A stretch of 64,000 bases of DNA from Candidatus Aenigmarchaeota archaeon LH_S6 (GCA_023659935.1 JAGXOK010000001.1:9569-73568); one strand, 5' to 3'. Counted from the first letter of the stretch, positions 10,522-20,156 are shown. The notes: generated by a model from the sequence alone, not told the origin. Numbers and translations: made by a program.

Positions 10522-10672
10522 AAATCAATACTTGGAGTAGAAACCAGTTAGCAGGATATATAACCTATAAATCAGAAGATAGAGGAAAACCAACTATAAA
10601 AGTAAATCCTTACAAAAACAAGCCAGAGATGTTCTAAATGTGGGTATATCAAAAAAAGTAATAGAAATCACA
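10522..10672 (+). pseudogene. tnpB: TnpB/Cas12f-like C-terminal fragment
   Basis: Reads NTWSRNQLAGYITYKSEDRGKPTIKVNPYK, then after a frameshift TSQRCSKCGYIKKSNR (Zn-ribbon). Confidence 0.75.
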
Positions 10673-10741
10673 AGATTCCATATCAAGTTTTCAGATTTGA
10701 GAAATCTGAGCCTATAATTTAGATAAACTTTAAAAGATTAT

Positions 10742-10962
10742 GGACCTGTAGCTCAGTAAAACTGCAAACAGTTTCCTTTAGAAATAGGCTTGATAAGCTT
10801 TCAAATTGCAGTTTTGGGTAATTGGATAGAGCACTTGCCTCCTAAGCAAGGGGTCGTCGGTTCAAAACAGGGGCTTTTTTACTTGAGGTTTTTGGAATAA
10901 GTGACAAAAAGTCAGTCAACCAAAAACAAATAAAAGTCTCTCTGAGAATCCGACCAGGTCCG
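10742..10962 (+). tRNA. tRNA-Arg(CCU) with two non-canonical introns (10757-10821 at 15/16; 10867-10948 at 59/60)
   Basis: Acceptor GGACCTG/CAGGTCC; anticodon arm CTTGC-CTCCTAA-GCAAG; BHB-like junctions GCTC-AGT/GGGT-AAT and TTCA-AAA/TGAG-AAT. Confidence 0.92.
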
Positions 10963-10973
10963 CTTTTTAGAAA

Positions 10974-11882
10974 ATGAGAATAATTAAAAAAGAGAAAGAA
11001 GAAATAAAATTGATTCCAGAGAACCTAAAGGATTTGTGGTTTCTATACAACAGATTAGATAATTTGGTGATTGAGCAGAAAAGTTTGAGGACAAAATCAA
11101 TTAATAGAAGGGGGGAAATTTTAAAGGGGAAAAAAATTCCTCAGATAATTGCAATAAAACTTGAGAAAAAAAAGTGGGAAAGCGACAAAATCAGGGCAAC
11201 AGGAAAAATTGTCTCAGGTTCGGACAAAAACAAGTATCATTCTCTAAATTTGGAAATAGATAAAAAGTTAAAGGTAGAGGGAGAATTAAAAAACCTGCCA
11301 AAGGAAGAAAAATATGAAATTTTAATCTGTGTTGTTGATAAGAAGAGGGCAGATTTCAGAATTTACAAATCCGGAAAACTCAGGGAGACAAAGAAAATTC
11401 CTTCAAAAGGCAGGGAAAATAATTTTTATAAAGAAGTTGCTTCAAATTTAAAAAAAGAAAGCAGAGAGATTTTAGTTGCTGGCCCTGGAAACACAAAAGA
11501 TAAAATTTCAAAGTTGTTAGATAAAGATGTTGTATTGGATAACTTGTCTTACAGTGGTGAAAAAGGAGTTAAAGAATTGCTAAAAAGGGGGAGTATTAAA
11601 AGAATAATTGAAAAACTTAGAGACCGGCAGGAGGCAGAAATAGTTAAAAAGTTTCTCGTTGAGATAAAGAAAAATCCAGAGAAAGTGTGCTATGGATCAG
11701 CTGTTGAAACACAAATTAAAAAGTTCAAAGAAATTCTAATTTTAAGCCCTCTAATTACAAAATATGAGAGAATTTTAATTGAGGCAGAAAAAAATGGGAC
11801 AGAAATAAATATTGTTCGGAGTGAAAAAGAATATTGTGAGGAAGTCAGAAAGTTTGAAATTATTGGGATTTTATGGTGGTAG
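10974..11882 (+). CDS. pelA: Pelota/Dom34-like ribosome rescue factor (divergent)
   Basis: LIPENLKDLWFL, RATGKIVSG...YHSL, ILVAGPG and terminal GIL motifs. Confidence 0.75.
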   Translation: MRIIKKEKEEIKLIPENLKDLWFLYNRLDNLVIEQKSLRTKSINRRGEILKGKKIPQIIAIKLEKKKWESDKIRATGKIVSGSDKNKYHSLNLEIDKKLKVEGELKNLPKEEKYEILICVVDKKRADFRIYKSGKLRETKKIPSKGRENNFYKEVASNLKKESREILVAGPGNTKDKISKLLDKDVVLDNLSYSGEKGVKELLKRGSIKRIIEKLRDRQEAEIVKKFLVEIKKNPEKVCYGSAVETQIKKFKEILILSPLITKYERILIEAEKNGTEINIVRSEKEYCEEVRKFEIIGILWW

Positions 11883-11887
11883 GAATT

Positions 11888-12574
11888 ATGGAAGAATACA
11901 AAAAAGAATTTATTGATTTTTTCTTAGAAAAAGAAGCTCTGAAAATAGGCAAATCTGAGTTGAAAAATGGAAGGGTTTCTCCATATCCTGTGGATATAGG
12001 AATGTTTGATGATGGAGAGAGTATTAGGAAGTTAGGATATTCTTATGCAAGTAAAATAGCAGATAGTTTTAAACCAGAAGAATATGATATCATATTTGGA
12101 CCTGCATATAAAGGAATTCCTTTATCAGTAGCAACTACTATCGCTTTAAGTAGTGATTTTGGTATAAACAAGGGCTATTCTTTTAACAGGAAAGAGCCAA
12201 AGGGTCATGGTGAGGCCCCCAAGGAAGACAGACAAAAGAACTGGATAGTTGGACATAAAATTGAAGATAGGGATAGAATTCTGATGATAGATGATGTTTT
12301 CACAACTGGGGGTACGAAATATGAGTCTGTTGATTTATTGAATAGAGTCGCGGATAATCTCCATTATGTAGGATTAATTATAGCAGTTGACAGAAAAGAA
12401 ATTGGAGAAGATGGGAAAAGTGCAATTAAGCAATTTGAGCAGAAAACAGGAATACCTGTTGAGTCAATTGTAAATATAACTGAAACAAAAAATTATTTGT
12501 CAGATAAAGGAAAAATTTCTGAAGGAGATTTAAAAATAATTGATGATTATTTAGGAAAATATGGAAGAGATTAA
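11888..12574 (+). CDS. pyrE: Orotate phosphoribosyltransferase
   Basis: LKNGRVSPY, FGPAYKGIPL, NRKEPKGHGE, IDDVFTTG. Confidence 0.93.
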   Translation: MEEYKKEFIDFFLEKEALKIGKSELKNGRVSPYPVDIGMFDDGESIRKLGYSYASKIADSFKPEEYDIIFGPAYKGIPLSVATTIALSSDFGINKGYSFNRKEPKGHGEAPKEDRQKNWIVGHKIEDRDRILMIDDVFTTGGTKYESVDLLNRVADNLHYVGLIIAVDRKEIGEDGKSAIKQFEQKTGIPVESIVNITETKNYLSDKGKISEGDLKIIDDYLGKYGRD

Positions 12575-12753
12575 GAGAAATTTATAAAATCAAAAAAAAC
12601 CCTTAAAAATACAATAATTAGCAAATCAACAAAAATACTTATCAAAGCAGCACTTAAATCCCCACTCACTAAATCGCTGCTACAGCAATTGTTTAAAATA
12701 GGAATCAATAAAAACAAAAATCAGTATGGCTTTTTGTGGATTAAAAAATTATC

Positions 12754-13082
12754 CGCCGAGAGCAGGATTCGATTGCATAAGCCTTTCTGGTTAATTCCTC
12801 TATTGCAACCTTACAAACAGGAAATTGGTTAATAGGGGGTAGGTAAAGGTAAAAGCGGAAAAATGAAATTGGTTTTGGCTTGAATCTTTCGCTTAAATTT
12901 TTTCCCAAAAAAGGCTTTACCTGCGTTTCCTTACGGAAAACTAGTCTCAAGCCAGCCGCGTTAGGTCGCAAATAGCACCATCTGGGGTGCAGTTCTTGTT
13001 TTTTCAGAGAAAAAACAGATGTTCTATCTTTGATAGAACAACCTTTTTTAAAGGATTGCTTAGACCACTCCGCCATCTCGGC
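12754..13082 (-). tRNA. tRNA-Ser(UGA) with two long introns (12962-13060 at the D-loop 3' side, 99 nt; 12773-12918 at 54/55, 146 nt)
   Basis: Acceptor GCCGAGA/TCTCGGC + G73; anticodon arm GCTGG-CTTGAGA-CTAGT; long variable arm TTTCC-GTAA-GGAAA; BHB-like GGTC-TAA/GACC-TAA. Confidence 0.92.
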
Positions 13083-13349
13083 ATAATAAGTTAAATAATT
13101 AATTTTTAAGAGTAATTTAATATCCCTGATATAATTGATAATAATAAGAAATAATATTGCAAAATTCTGTAAGGGATAGGGTCCAAAAAAAGAGCTTTCT
13201 TGATAAAAATAAAATAGATGAACTTTCTTTGGAGGATAAAGATTTAATCAAAGATGAGATTATCTATTAAAAAAACTCAAGCAAAAACAGAGAGATAATT
13301 TTGTTATCTGTGATTCAGATCCTGTAAATTCTTAAAAGTTATTATTAGT

Positions 13350-14543
13350 TTACTCTAATTTCTTTTTTAGATAAATTCTCTCAATTCTTTCCATTTTTTT
13401 GAATTTATCCAGTTTTTTAATTACTTCTTGGGGCAATGTTTCAAAAACTCTTGACAATTTAAAAGTATCTAATCTAGATAATTCGTTCCACAGGTTATTT
13501 TCTCTTATTATTTTTTCAACTTGTTCTCTTTTTTCATCATTCTTCCTAGGAAAAGTTGCAACATCTTTCACCCAGATTCTTGAGATACAACCAGAGCCAT
13601 TAACAGAAGTCACTCCTTCTCTTTTACTATATTTTATAAGAGCCTCTTTTACCTGCTCAATTTCAGAATCAATTTTATTAAGAAATCTTTCCCTCTCATT
13701 TTTAAGTTTTACATATTTATTCACCAAATTCACTCCTGGTTCCCCAAGGAATTTGTTTGATTCAAGAGATTCTGTTTTTACCAAGTGTTTCTGTTCTGGG
13801 CATATATCCCTAAACTCGCACCAGTTGCAAAGATTTGAAACTTTTTGCTTAAATTCTTTTTCTTTTTCTATTCTTTTTATTAATTCTATTGTGTCTGATT
13901 TTAATTTTTCAAGTTCTCTCTCTGTTTTTTCTATAGTAACCTCCTTGTCTGCGGACAGAAAATGCCAAACTAATTTTACTCTTTTTGCATCCTGATAATT
14001 TTTAAGAACTGCAATTGCATAAAGAGCAAGCTGCCTGTCCCTATGCAAATATTCTTCTCGAGGAAGTTCAAAACTTGTTTTGTAATCATGAATTTCATAT
14101 TCTCCTTTTCCTGTTGACATAAGTCTGTCAATGAATCCCTGTAATTTGTATTTTCCTTCCAGGTCAAGGGAAATAATTACTTTTTTCTCAAGACCTATTA
14201 TTTTCCCTTTATCAAATGGATAATATCTATTATAATAATCCTTAAGATATTGCTCGCCCATTTTCTTGAAGTTCTCCTTGGTATATTCTTTTTTTACAAT
14301 CAGGATTGAATCATTCCAGTTTTTATTCCACAACCTGTTGTAAAATTGTAGTATTTCTTTAAGAGAATTTTCTTTCTTAAATTTAATATCTTTGTACACT
14401 TTTTTAAGAGTCATATGAACCATATTTCCCATAAATGCCTCCACACCCTGCTGAATCTTTGGCTCTAATCTATCTATATATTTGAATTTAAATTTCAGTG
14501 GACACTGCTCAAAACAGGAGAGCCTTGAATGTGAATAAATCAT
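13350..14543 (-). CDS. PD-(D/E)XK RecB/AddB-like nuclease with probable Fe-S staple
   Basis: YSHSRLSCFEQCP, GFIDRL, IHDYKT, QLALYA, CNWCEFRDICP. Confidence 0.9.
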   Translation of the reverse strand: MIYSHSRLSCFEQCPLKFKFKYIDRLEPKIQQGVEAFMGNMVHMTLKKVYKDIKFKKENSLKEILQFYNRLWNKNWNDSILIVKKEYTKENFKKMGEQYLKDYYNRYYPFDKGKIIGLEKKVIISLDLEGKYKLQGFIDRLMSTGKGEYEIHDYKTSFELPREEYLHRDRQLALYAIAVLKNYQDAKRVKLVWHFLSADKEVTIEKTERELEKLKSDTIELIKRIEKEKEFKQKVSNLCNWCEFRDICPEQKHLVKTESLESNKFLGEPGVNLVNKYVKLKNERERFLNKIDSEIEQVKEALIKYSKREGVTSVNGSGCISRIWVKDVATFPRKNDEKREQVEKIIRENNLWNELSRLDTFKLSRVFETLPQEVIKKLDKFKKMERIERIYLKKKLE

Positions 14544-14622
14544 AATTAATACTAAAAATTTCTATTGGAGAATGAAGTGTAATTGATAATACCCTTATTT
14601 TTAAAGGTTGACAAAAGTTGAA

Positions 14623-15210
14623 CTATTTTAGAAATTTATCTTTAAATTTTGATATATTGAATTTTAATTTTCGATAAAAAAACAAAAATTCCTGGGTTTC
14701 CTTTTTTATGTAATCAAGAATTTTTTTGTATTCTCTATCCTTATACCATGCAGGAATTATTGCTCCTGAATGTTCCTTTCCTGTAAATTTATCCAGGCTA
14801 CAACCTTTAAAATTAAAACCATTCATTGCCAGACATATTGGTTTGAGATCAATTACAGGCAAATTATGATAAATAAACCAATTATTATAATTAATTCCAT
14901 AGATTTCTGCCCTATGCTTGAATATACCCAAATCAAAACAAACATTAAAACCAACAGGAATAAATTTCCATTTGTTTTCTGGGCATAGAATTTTTGAGAA
15001 TTTTTCTATAATCTCTTTTTCAGAGGACTCCCATTCCTTTAAGATTTTTAAATCTCCGACAGGCCCTCCATACTTGCCGATTTCCTGGTATTGAATTGTT
15101 ATAATCTTACTTTTTTCTGGGTCAAATGGAACCCTCTCCTTCCTTCTTAATTTTTCCACAATTTCTGGATCAGTATATCCTATCTCTATATCAAGATAAT
15201 ATTCAGACAT
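14623..15210 (-). CDS. RNase H-fold (DnaQ/PolB-exo-like) 3'-5' exonuclease
   Basis: YYLDIE, VGFNVCFDL, IDLK motifs. Confidence 0.75.
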   Translation of the reverse strand: MSEYYLDIEIGYTDPEIVEKLRRKERVPFDPEKSKIITIQYQEIGKYGGPVGDLKILKEWESSEKEIIEKFSKILCPENKWKFIPVGFNVCFDLGIFKHRAEIYGINYNNWFIYHNLPVIDLKPICLAMNGFNFKGCSLDKFTGKEHSGAIIPAWYKDREYKKILDYIKKETQEFLFFYRKLKFNISKFKDKFLK

Positions 15211-15697
15211 ATTCTTTCAAGATAATTGAGTATAGTTTTTCAGAGGCCTGCAAATTTTTTATAACAGCTTCTTCCATTTTCTGATAGTCTTTATTTTTAT
15301 AAAAATCCAAAATTTTTTCTTCAGGAACAGCCATAATATTATACCTCTGACAATAATACTTAAAACTTTTTATTTCTTTTTTTAAAAAAATCAAAACTGC
15401 AAACAAATCCAAAATATTAGAACGGTTTAATTTTAGATAAAATTCATCAAATTTTTCCAGAGAAGAAAGTTTTAATAATAAAAGAGGAAAGTCAAATTTC
15501 AGTATATTATACCCAACAAATATTTTGTCATTTTCTTTTAAAAACCAGTCTCTAAAATTTTTAAGGAGATTTTCTTCACTACTAAATTTCCAACTCTTCC
15601 AGATTCTTATATTACTCAGGCCTCTCTTCTTGACCTGAATAGTTAATATTTTTGCGGAATAGGATATTCCCTCAGTTTGAATATTTAGAAAGAGCAT
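15203..15697 (-). CDS. RNase H-fold exonuclease paralogue, probably inactive
   Basis: LFLNIQT in place of LDIET; SEENLL, VGYNILKFDFP, ILDL. Confidence 0.7.
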   Translation of the reverse strand: MLFLNIQTEGISYSAKILTIQVKKRGLSNIRIWKSWKFSSEENLLKNFRDWFLKENDKIFVGYNILKFDFPLLLLKLSSLEKFDEFYLKLNRSNILDLFAVLIFLKKEIKSFKYYCQRYNIMAVPEEKILDFYKNKDYQKMEEAVIKNLQASEKLYSIILKEYV

Positions 15698-15751
15698 AAA
15701 AGACTTAAATAATTTATAGATATGAAACTTAATTTATTAAAAGATATAATT

Positions 15752-16687
15752 ATGTTTGAACTTTGGACGGAGAAATACAGGCCAAAAAAACTGGATGATA
15801 TAGTTGGTCAGGAGGATACAACAAAAAGATTAAAGGCATTTATTTCAAAAGGCTCAATTCCAAACCTGCTATTCGCTGGGATACAAGGAAGTGGTAAAAC
15901 AAGTACTGCTTTAGCTTTGGTTAATGAAATTTTTGGGAATACGGAGAATTTTATTGAGTTAAATGCCTCTGATGAGAGGGGAATAGACACAGTCAGGATA
16001 AAAATAAAAGATTTTGCAAGAACAAGGCCAATTGGAGAAGGAAGTTTTAAGATTATTTTGCTTGATGAGGCTGAGGCTCTTACAAAGGATGCCCAGCAGG
16101 CTTTAAGGAGAACGATGGAAAATTATTCTGAAACCTGCAGGTTTATTCTAGATTGTAATTATTCTTCAAAACTAATTGAGCCTATCCAATCAAGGTGTGT
16201 GGTTTTTAGGTTTAAACCCCTTAAAAAAGACTATATCAAAAAATATTTGGAAAAAATAGAGAAAGGAGAGGAACTTAAAATAGAAGAAGATGCTATAGAA
16301 GCAATTTTTAAGGAGTGTGGGGGTGACTTGAGAAGAGCAACAAATATTTTACAGGCTTGTGCTTCAATGAACAAAGAAATATCAGAGAATAGTGTTCTTG
16401 AAGTTGTTGGAAAGGCTAAAGGCAGGGACATTGAAGAACTGCTAAAACTTGCAATAGCAGGCAAATTCTTAGAGTCAAGAAAGAAACTTTACAATTTGAT
16501 GATTGAACAGGGAATAAGTCCTGATGATTTACTGAAACAGATTCATTCCCGGATTTTTGAATTAGAGATAGATGATAATGAAAAACTTAGAATTATAAAA
16601 TTACTTGCAGATTACGAATTCAGGGTTGTTGAGGGCTCAAATCCTTTAATTCAGGTAGAAGCATTTCTGGCAAGTTTGAGTAAATAA
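15752..16687 (+). CDS. rfcS: Replication factor C small subunit
   Basis: WTEKYRP, GSGKTS, ELNASDERG, LDEAE, IQSRC. Confidence 0.97.
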   Translation: MFELWTEKYRPKKLDDIVGQEDTTKRLKAFISKGSIPNLLFAGIQGSGKTSTALALVNEIFGNTENFIELNASDERGIDTVRIKIKDFARTRPIGEGSFKIILLDEAEALTKDAQQALRRTMENYSETCRFILDCNYSSKLIEPIQSRCVVFRFKPLKKDYIKKYLEKIEKGEELKIEEDAIEAIFKECGGDLRRATNILQACASMNKEISENSVLEVVGKAKGRDIEELLKLAIAGKFLESRKKLYNLMIEQGISPDDLLKQIHSRIFELEIDDNEKLRIIKLLADYEFRVVEGSNPLIQVEAFLASLSK

Positions 16688-16800
16688 TTTTAGAATAAAT
16701 GATTTGTTGGATTTATTTTCTTAGCAATTAGTATTGTTTTGATTATTTTCAGAAAAAAGGAAAGTTAAATAACTTATTTAAATACTTTATATATATTATC

Positions 16801-19533
16801 ATGGTAAACAAACTATATGTATTTTTAGGTCTGGTAGTTTTAGTCTTTGGATTATCTTTAGCAGTTGCCCAGGAAAATATTGGTGAAGAGAGTAATATTA
16901 TACCAAATGCTACATCTAGAGAGGGCCTCCCTAGTGAAGAAGGTAATGTTACTTTGGAGGGAGCGGCATTTCCAGTTCCCCATTCTCTTAAGGACGATAT
17001 CTCCCAATATAGACGAAGCATGCCTGAGCTTCCTGTTAATGCGTTTCTTTTGGTTGCGAAAGATAATCTTTCCTTGGTCTTCACTCATGAAAAAGTGAGT
17101 AAAGGTCTTGCCACTGTTGAGGGTAAAAAACTTTCTTACAATCTACCCTGGAAAAATACTGAATTGTCAGTGATAAAAGCAGATACTGTATCGGTTAGAA
17201 AAGAGGGCGATCCAGCTACAATCAATGATATACTGTCAAACCCAGATGCATATAGGCTGGAACTTGTTAAACTAGACACCACACTAAGACAAGTCTCCAC
17301 CCTTTATGACCCTGATGATGGTTCTGGGATTGAATTTCCCATAACAACTGGCGTAGTCGTTAACTCCCCACGGAATCCTGTAGATTTCGTTGATGATATG
17401 TCCAGAAAGGTTAGAGAATTTCATGATAATCCTTCCAGAAGTGTTGCTGACAGGCTTCTTGGAGATACTCCAAGGCAACATCTATATACTTTTAATTTCC
17501 AGGAAGATTTCTGGATTGATTCTAAAGCAGAGGTCAATGGTATAGTCTTATATCCCCAAGGTACAGTTGTTGATTTGATCGAGAACCTAGAGACAAGCGA
17601 ACTCGAACTCGTTCATACAGATAAAAATGTACTGCTTTACGTTGTAAAAACTGATATGAAGGCTACACATGTTACGTCTGTAAATGAGATAACCACTCAT
17701 TCAAAGAAATACATGGGAAAAGTTGTCAAATTTACCGCCTTTGGTAAAGGTGGAACCACCAGCATCCAAGAGATGATCAAGAAATCTGGGAAATATCCTC
17801 CAGTAGATGTTCTTCTACATGGAGTTGTTGCATGGAACAGTATTAGTGTACCACCAGAGAGAAATGATATCATTTTAACTACTGGTGCCTCATCTCATCA
17901 CCAGGACAGGGTCTTTGCGCCTGTTGAGGGTAAATTTAACTACATTGGAAAAATCGTTTCGTCCAAGCAGGTCAACGAATCATTGCCAGAAGGATTAGCT
18001 CTAATTACTTATGCTAGGAATAAAACAGGTGAATTGGATTATGAAAAGTTACCAGAGTCCGCTAAAGAGATGATCAAAAGGGAGTACTCCAACCTAAATG
18101 CATCTCTAGGGGGTGCTGCTCCAATCGAAATATCTACCCCTAAAGAGACGGCTCCAACCCCCACTGCAACACCTACTGCAACTCCGACACCTACACTACA
18201 ATCTCATTATCCAGGGAAATGTACTCAATTAGAAGACTTGATAGAAAAGAAAAAACATTATGAACGTTTATATAACTTATCTGAGGAAGAACTTGAGGAG
18301 AAGGGATATAGTAAAGGAAGAGAAGGTATTAAAAAAGTACTGGAAAAACTTGAAGAAAGAATTAGAAATATTAAACCAGAGTGTGAAAATTATACAAATT
18401 ATACAGCTTATACAAATAGATGTGCTGAATTAGAAGACTTGATAGTAAAGAAAAAACATTATAAACATTTATATAGCTTATCTGAGGAAGAACTTAAAAA
18501 GACGGGATATCCTCAAGGAAGAGAAGAGGTTAAAAAAATACTAGAAAAACTTGAAGAAAGAATTAGAGAATGTGAAGAAGTTAGATCTCGGGTAATTCAG
18601 GGAAACATATCTAGAATTAATGGTACGCCAAAGTATACAAATAGATGTACTCAATTAAAAGACTTGATAGTAAAGAAAAAACATTATAAACATTTATATA
18701 ACTTATCAGATAGAGAACTTAAGAAGAGAGGAGATAAAGGAAGAGAAGAGGTTAAAGAAATACTAGAAAAACTTGAAGAAAGAATTAGAGAATGTGAAGA
18801 AATTACAGCCAGATCTGGTGGTAGAAAAGGTCAAGGTGTTAATGTTTCTCAAGAGAGATACCCTGTAGTAAAACCTAGTAATGTAAGTATAACAAAACCT
18901 ATAGTAGCAGAATCCGGAAGGGAGATAACAGATTATTACACATCTAAAATCACCACCATAATGAAAAAAGAAACAAATGTAGAACAACAGGTAAAAGAAC
19001 TAAAAGAATTGAGAAATGAAGTTGATAAATTAATAGAAGAATTGATAAAAAGTAAAGATGAAATAAATACTGAAGAAGTGGATGAGTTGGTTTCAAAAGT
19101 AAAAATAAAACCCGGTAAAATAAAAGCTGATAATGCTATTGTAAATTCTACTAATAAAACAATAATAACAAAAGTCAATAAAAAGAATCTAACAATAAAA
19201 CCAACAAAATTGCATGTTACTATCCAAGAGGGAAAATATGAAATAAAAGCTCCTGAAATAAAGGTACAAAACAAGACATTAGTAGTTGGAAACTCTACTG
19301 TTAAACTTACAGCAAGTGATATTGTAGAAAAAACCAAGGTTGAGCCAAAAGATATTGAACTGAAAGAGGAAAATGCAAAAGCAGTCTATAAGATTAAAGC
19401 AGATGAAAACAGAAAATTGTTTGGATTTATTCCAGTAAAAGTTGAGAAAGATATGACTGTAGATGCTGGGGATAGAGAAGTAAAAGTTCTTAAAGAAAAG
19501 AGGCCTTGGTGGAGTTTTTTAACATCCAAATAG
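16801..19533 (+). CDS. Large secreted mosaic protein with Thr-Pro linker and three helical repeats
   Basis: Signal peptide; TPTATPT linker; three C..LEDLI.KKKHY..LY.LS repeats; C-terminal KRPWWSF. Confidence 0.75.
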   Translation: MVNKLYVFLGLVVLVFGLSLAVAQENIGEESNIIPNATSREGLPSEEGNVTLEGAAFPVPHSLKDDISQYRRSMPELPVNAFLLVAKDNLSLVFTHEKVSKGLATVEGKKLSYNLPWKNTELSVIKADTVSVRKEGDPATINDILSNPDAYRLELVKLDTTLRQVSTLYDPDDGSGIEFPITTGVVVNSPRNPVDFVDDMSRKVREFHDNPSRSVADRLLGDTPRQHLYTFNFQEDFWIDSKAEVNGIVLYPQGTVVDLIENLETSELELVHTDKNVLLYVVKTDMKATHVTSVNEITTHSKKYMGKVVKFTAFGKGGTTSIQEMIKKSGKYPPVDVLLHGVVAWNSISVPPERNDIILTTGASSHHQDRVFAPVEGKFNYIGKIVSSKQVNESLPEGLALITYARNKTGELDYEKLPESAKEMIKREYSNLNASLGGAAPIEISTPKETAPTPTATPTATPTPTLQSHYPGKCTQLEDLIEKKKHYERLYNLSEEELEEKGYSKGREGIKKVLEKLEERIRNIKPECENYTNYTAYTNRCAELEDLIVKKKHYKHLYSLSEEELKKTGYPQGREEVKKILEKLEERIRECEEVRSRVIQGNISRINGTPKYTNRCTQLKDLIVKKKHYKHLYNLSDRELKKRGDKGREEVKEILEKLEERIRECEEITARSGGRKGQGVNVSQERYPVVKPSNVSITKPIVAESGREITDYYTSKITTIMKKETNVEQQVKELKELRNEVDKLIEELIKSKDEINTEEVDELVSKVKIKPGKIKADNAIVNSTNKTIITKVNKKNLTIKPTKLHVTIQEGKYEIKAPEIKVQNKTLVVGNSTVKLTASDIVEKTKVEPKDIELKEENAKAVYKIKADENRKLFGFIPVKVEKDMTVDAGDREVKVLKEKRPWWSFLTSK
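18220..18801 (+). repeat. Three intragenic ~150-bp repeats (starting 18220, 18421, 18646)
   Basis: Shared gacttgatag..aagaaaaaacattat and gaaaaacttgaagaaagaattaga. Confidence 0.9.
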
Positions 19534-19603
19534 GTCTTAGAAGTGATAAACTCTTGCCTCAAAATTCATAATCTTTCCTTTTTTAATTTTAACTTAAAAT
19601 AGC

Positions 19604-19873
19604 CAAGAAGTCTATTTCCAAAATCTTAGCTAATAATACAGGATTTTGGTGGTAGCTCAATTGGCATACTAAAGGTTTTTTGCTATATTATACTAAGGGA
19701 ATGAACAAATACCGCTGGACGAGTGGGAATTCACGCCTGTGGAGATTTGACCTCTACTGCTCAGTCAGCAAGTCGAGTCGTGGAAGCAGGAACTATATAC
19801 GATGATTCTCAATAGCATAATTTCATCGTTGGAAGCCACTTCCAAAAATCAATTTGGTGGTGGAGGATGTCAC
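19604..19873 (+). mobile_element. Non-autonomous IS200/IS605-family mini-element B retaining tnpB 3'/omegaRNA region
   Basis: caagaa..gtagctcaattg left end shared with element A; accgctggacgagtgggaattcacgcctgtggaga (TAGRVGIHACG, tnpB tail), gaagcaggaa, right end ggaagcc..ggaggatgtcac. Confidence 0.8.
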
Positions 19874-20126
19874 TCCCTTCTCTCCTCAGTTTTCTAATTT
19901 TCTCGGTTTTTCCTAATTTATATCCTCTAATTTCTCTATTAGTCCCAACAACTTTATAGCATTTAATCCCTCTTAAGTTCTCATTTTTTGACAAAATTCT
20001 GCCAACTTCTCTTGGATTTAAACCAAGTTTAGAGCCAATTTCTTTATAGGTGGTAATTTTTCCTTTGGGAATTTTCTGGAGTAATCTAAAAACTTGCTCA
20101 CTTTTTGGAGTTGGTTTGTATCCCAT
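19809..20126 (-). CDS. MGMT/alkyltransferase-like DNA-binding protein, C-terminus supplied by the IS end
   Basis: IPKGKITTYKEI, PREVGRIL, KCYKVV (cf. PCHRV), LRREG then IS-derived sequence. Confidence 0.8.
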   Translation of the reverse strand: MGYKPTPKSEQVFRLLQKIPKGKITTYKEIGSKLGLNPREVGRILSKNENLRGIKCYKVVGTNREIRGYKLGKTEKIRKLRREGSDILHHQIDFWKWLPTMKLCY

Positions 20127-20156
20127 AACTTTTGGAAATTATCTCTATCTTCAATT

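Noticed and set aside
10522-10672. TnpB/Cas12f fragment as effector for the array
   Set aside because: Only about 50 frameshifted codons; the repeat type with cas6 points to class 1.
12741-13076. 111-aa ORF beginning MAEWSK
   Set aside because: Read-through of the tRNA-Ser gene and its introns.
13399-13995. 198-aa plus-strand ORF and similar antisense ORFs in the track
   Set aside because: Shadows of well-supported genes on the opposite strand, with F/L/S-rich composition.
13350-14543. RecB-like nuclease as Cas4 of the CRISPR locus
   Set aside because: About 9 kb from the arrays, with a long C-terminal extension and no cas1/cas2; fits a stand-alone PD-(D/E)XK family better.
20094-20156. 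Extended purF N-terminus from the ORF track
   Set aside because: Overlaps the divergent MGMT-like gene; ATG at 20157 gives the normal short propeptide before Cys.
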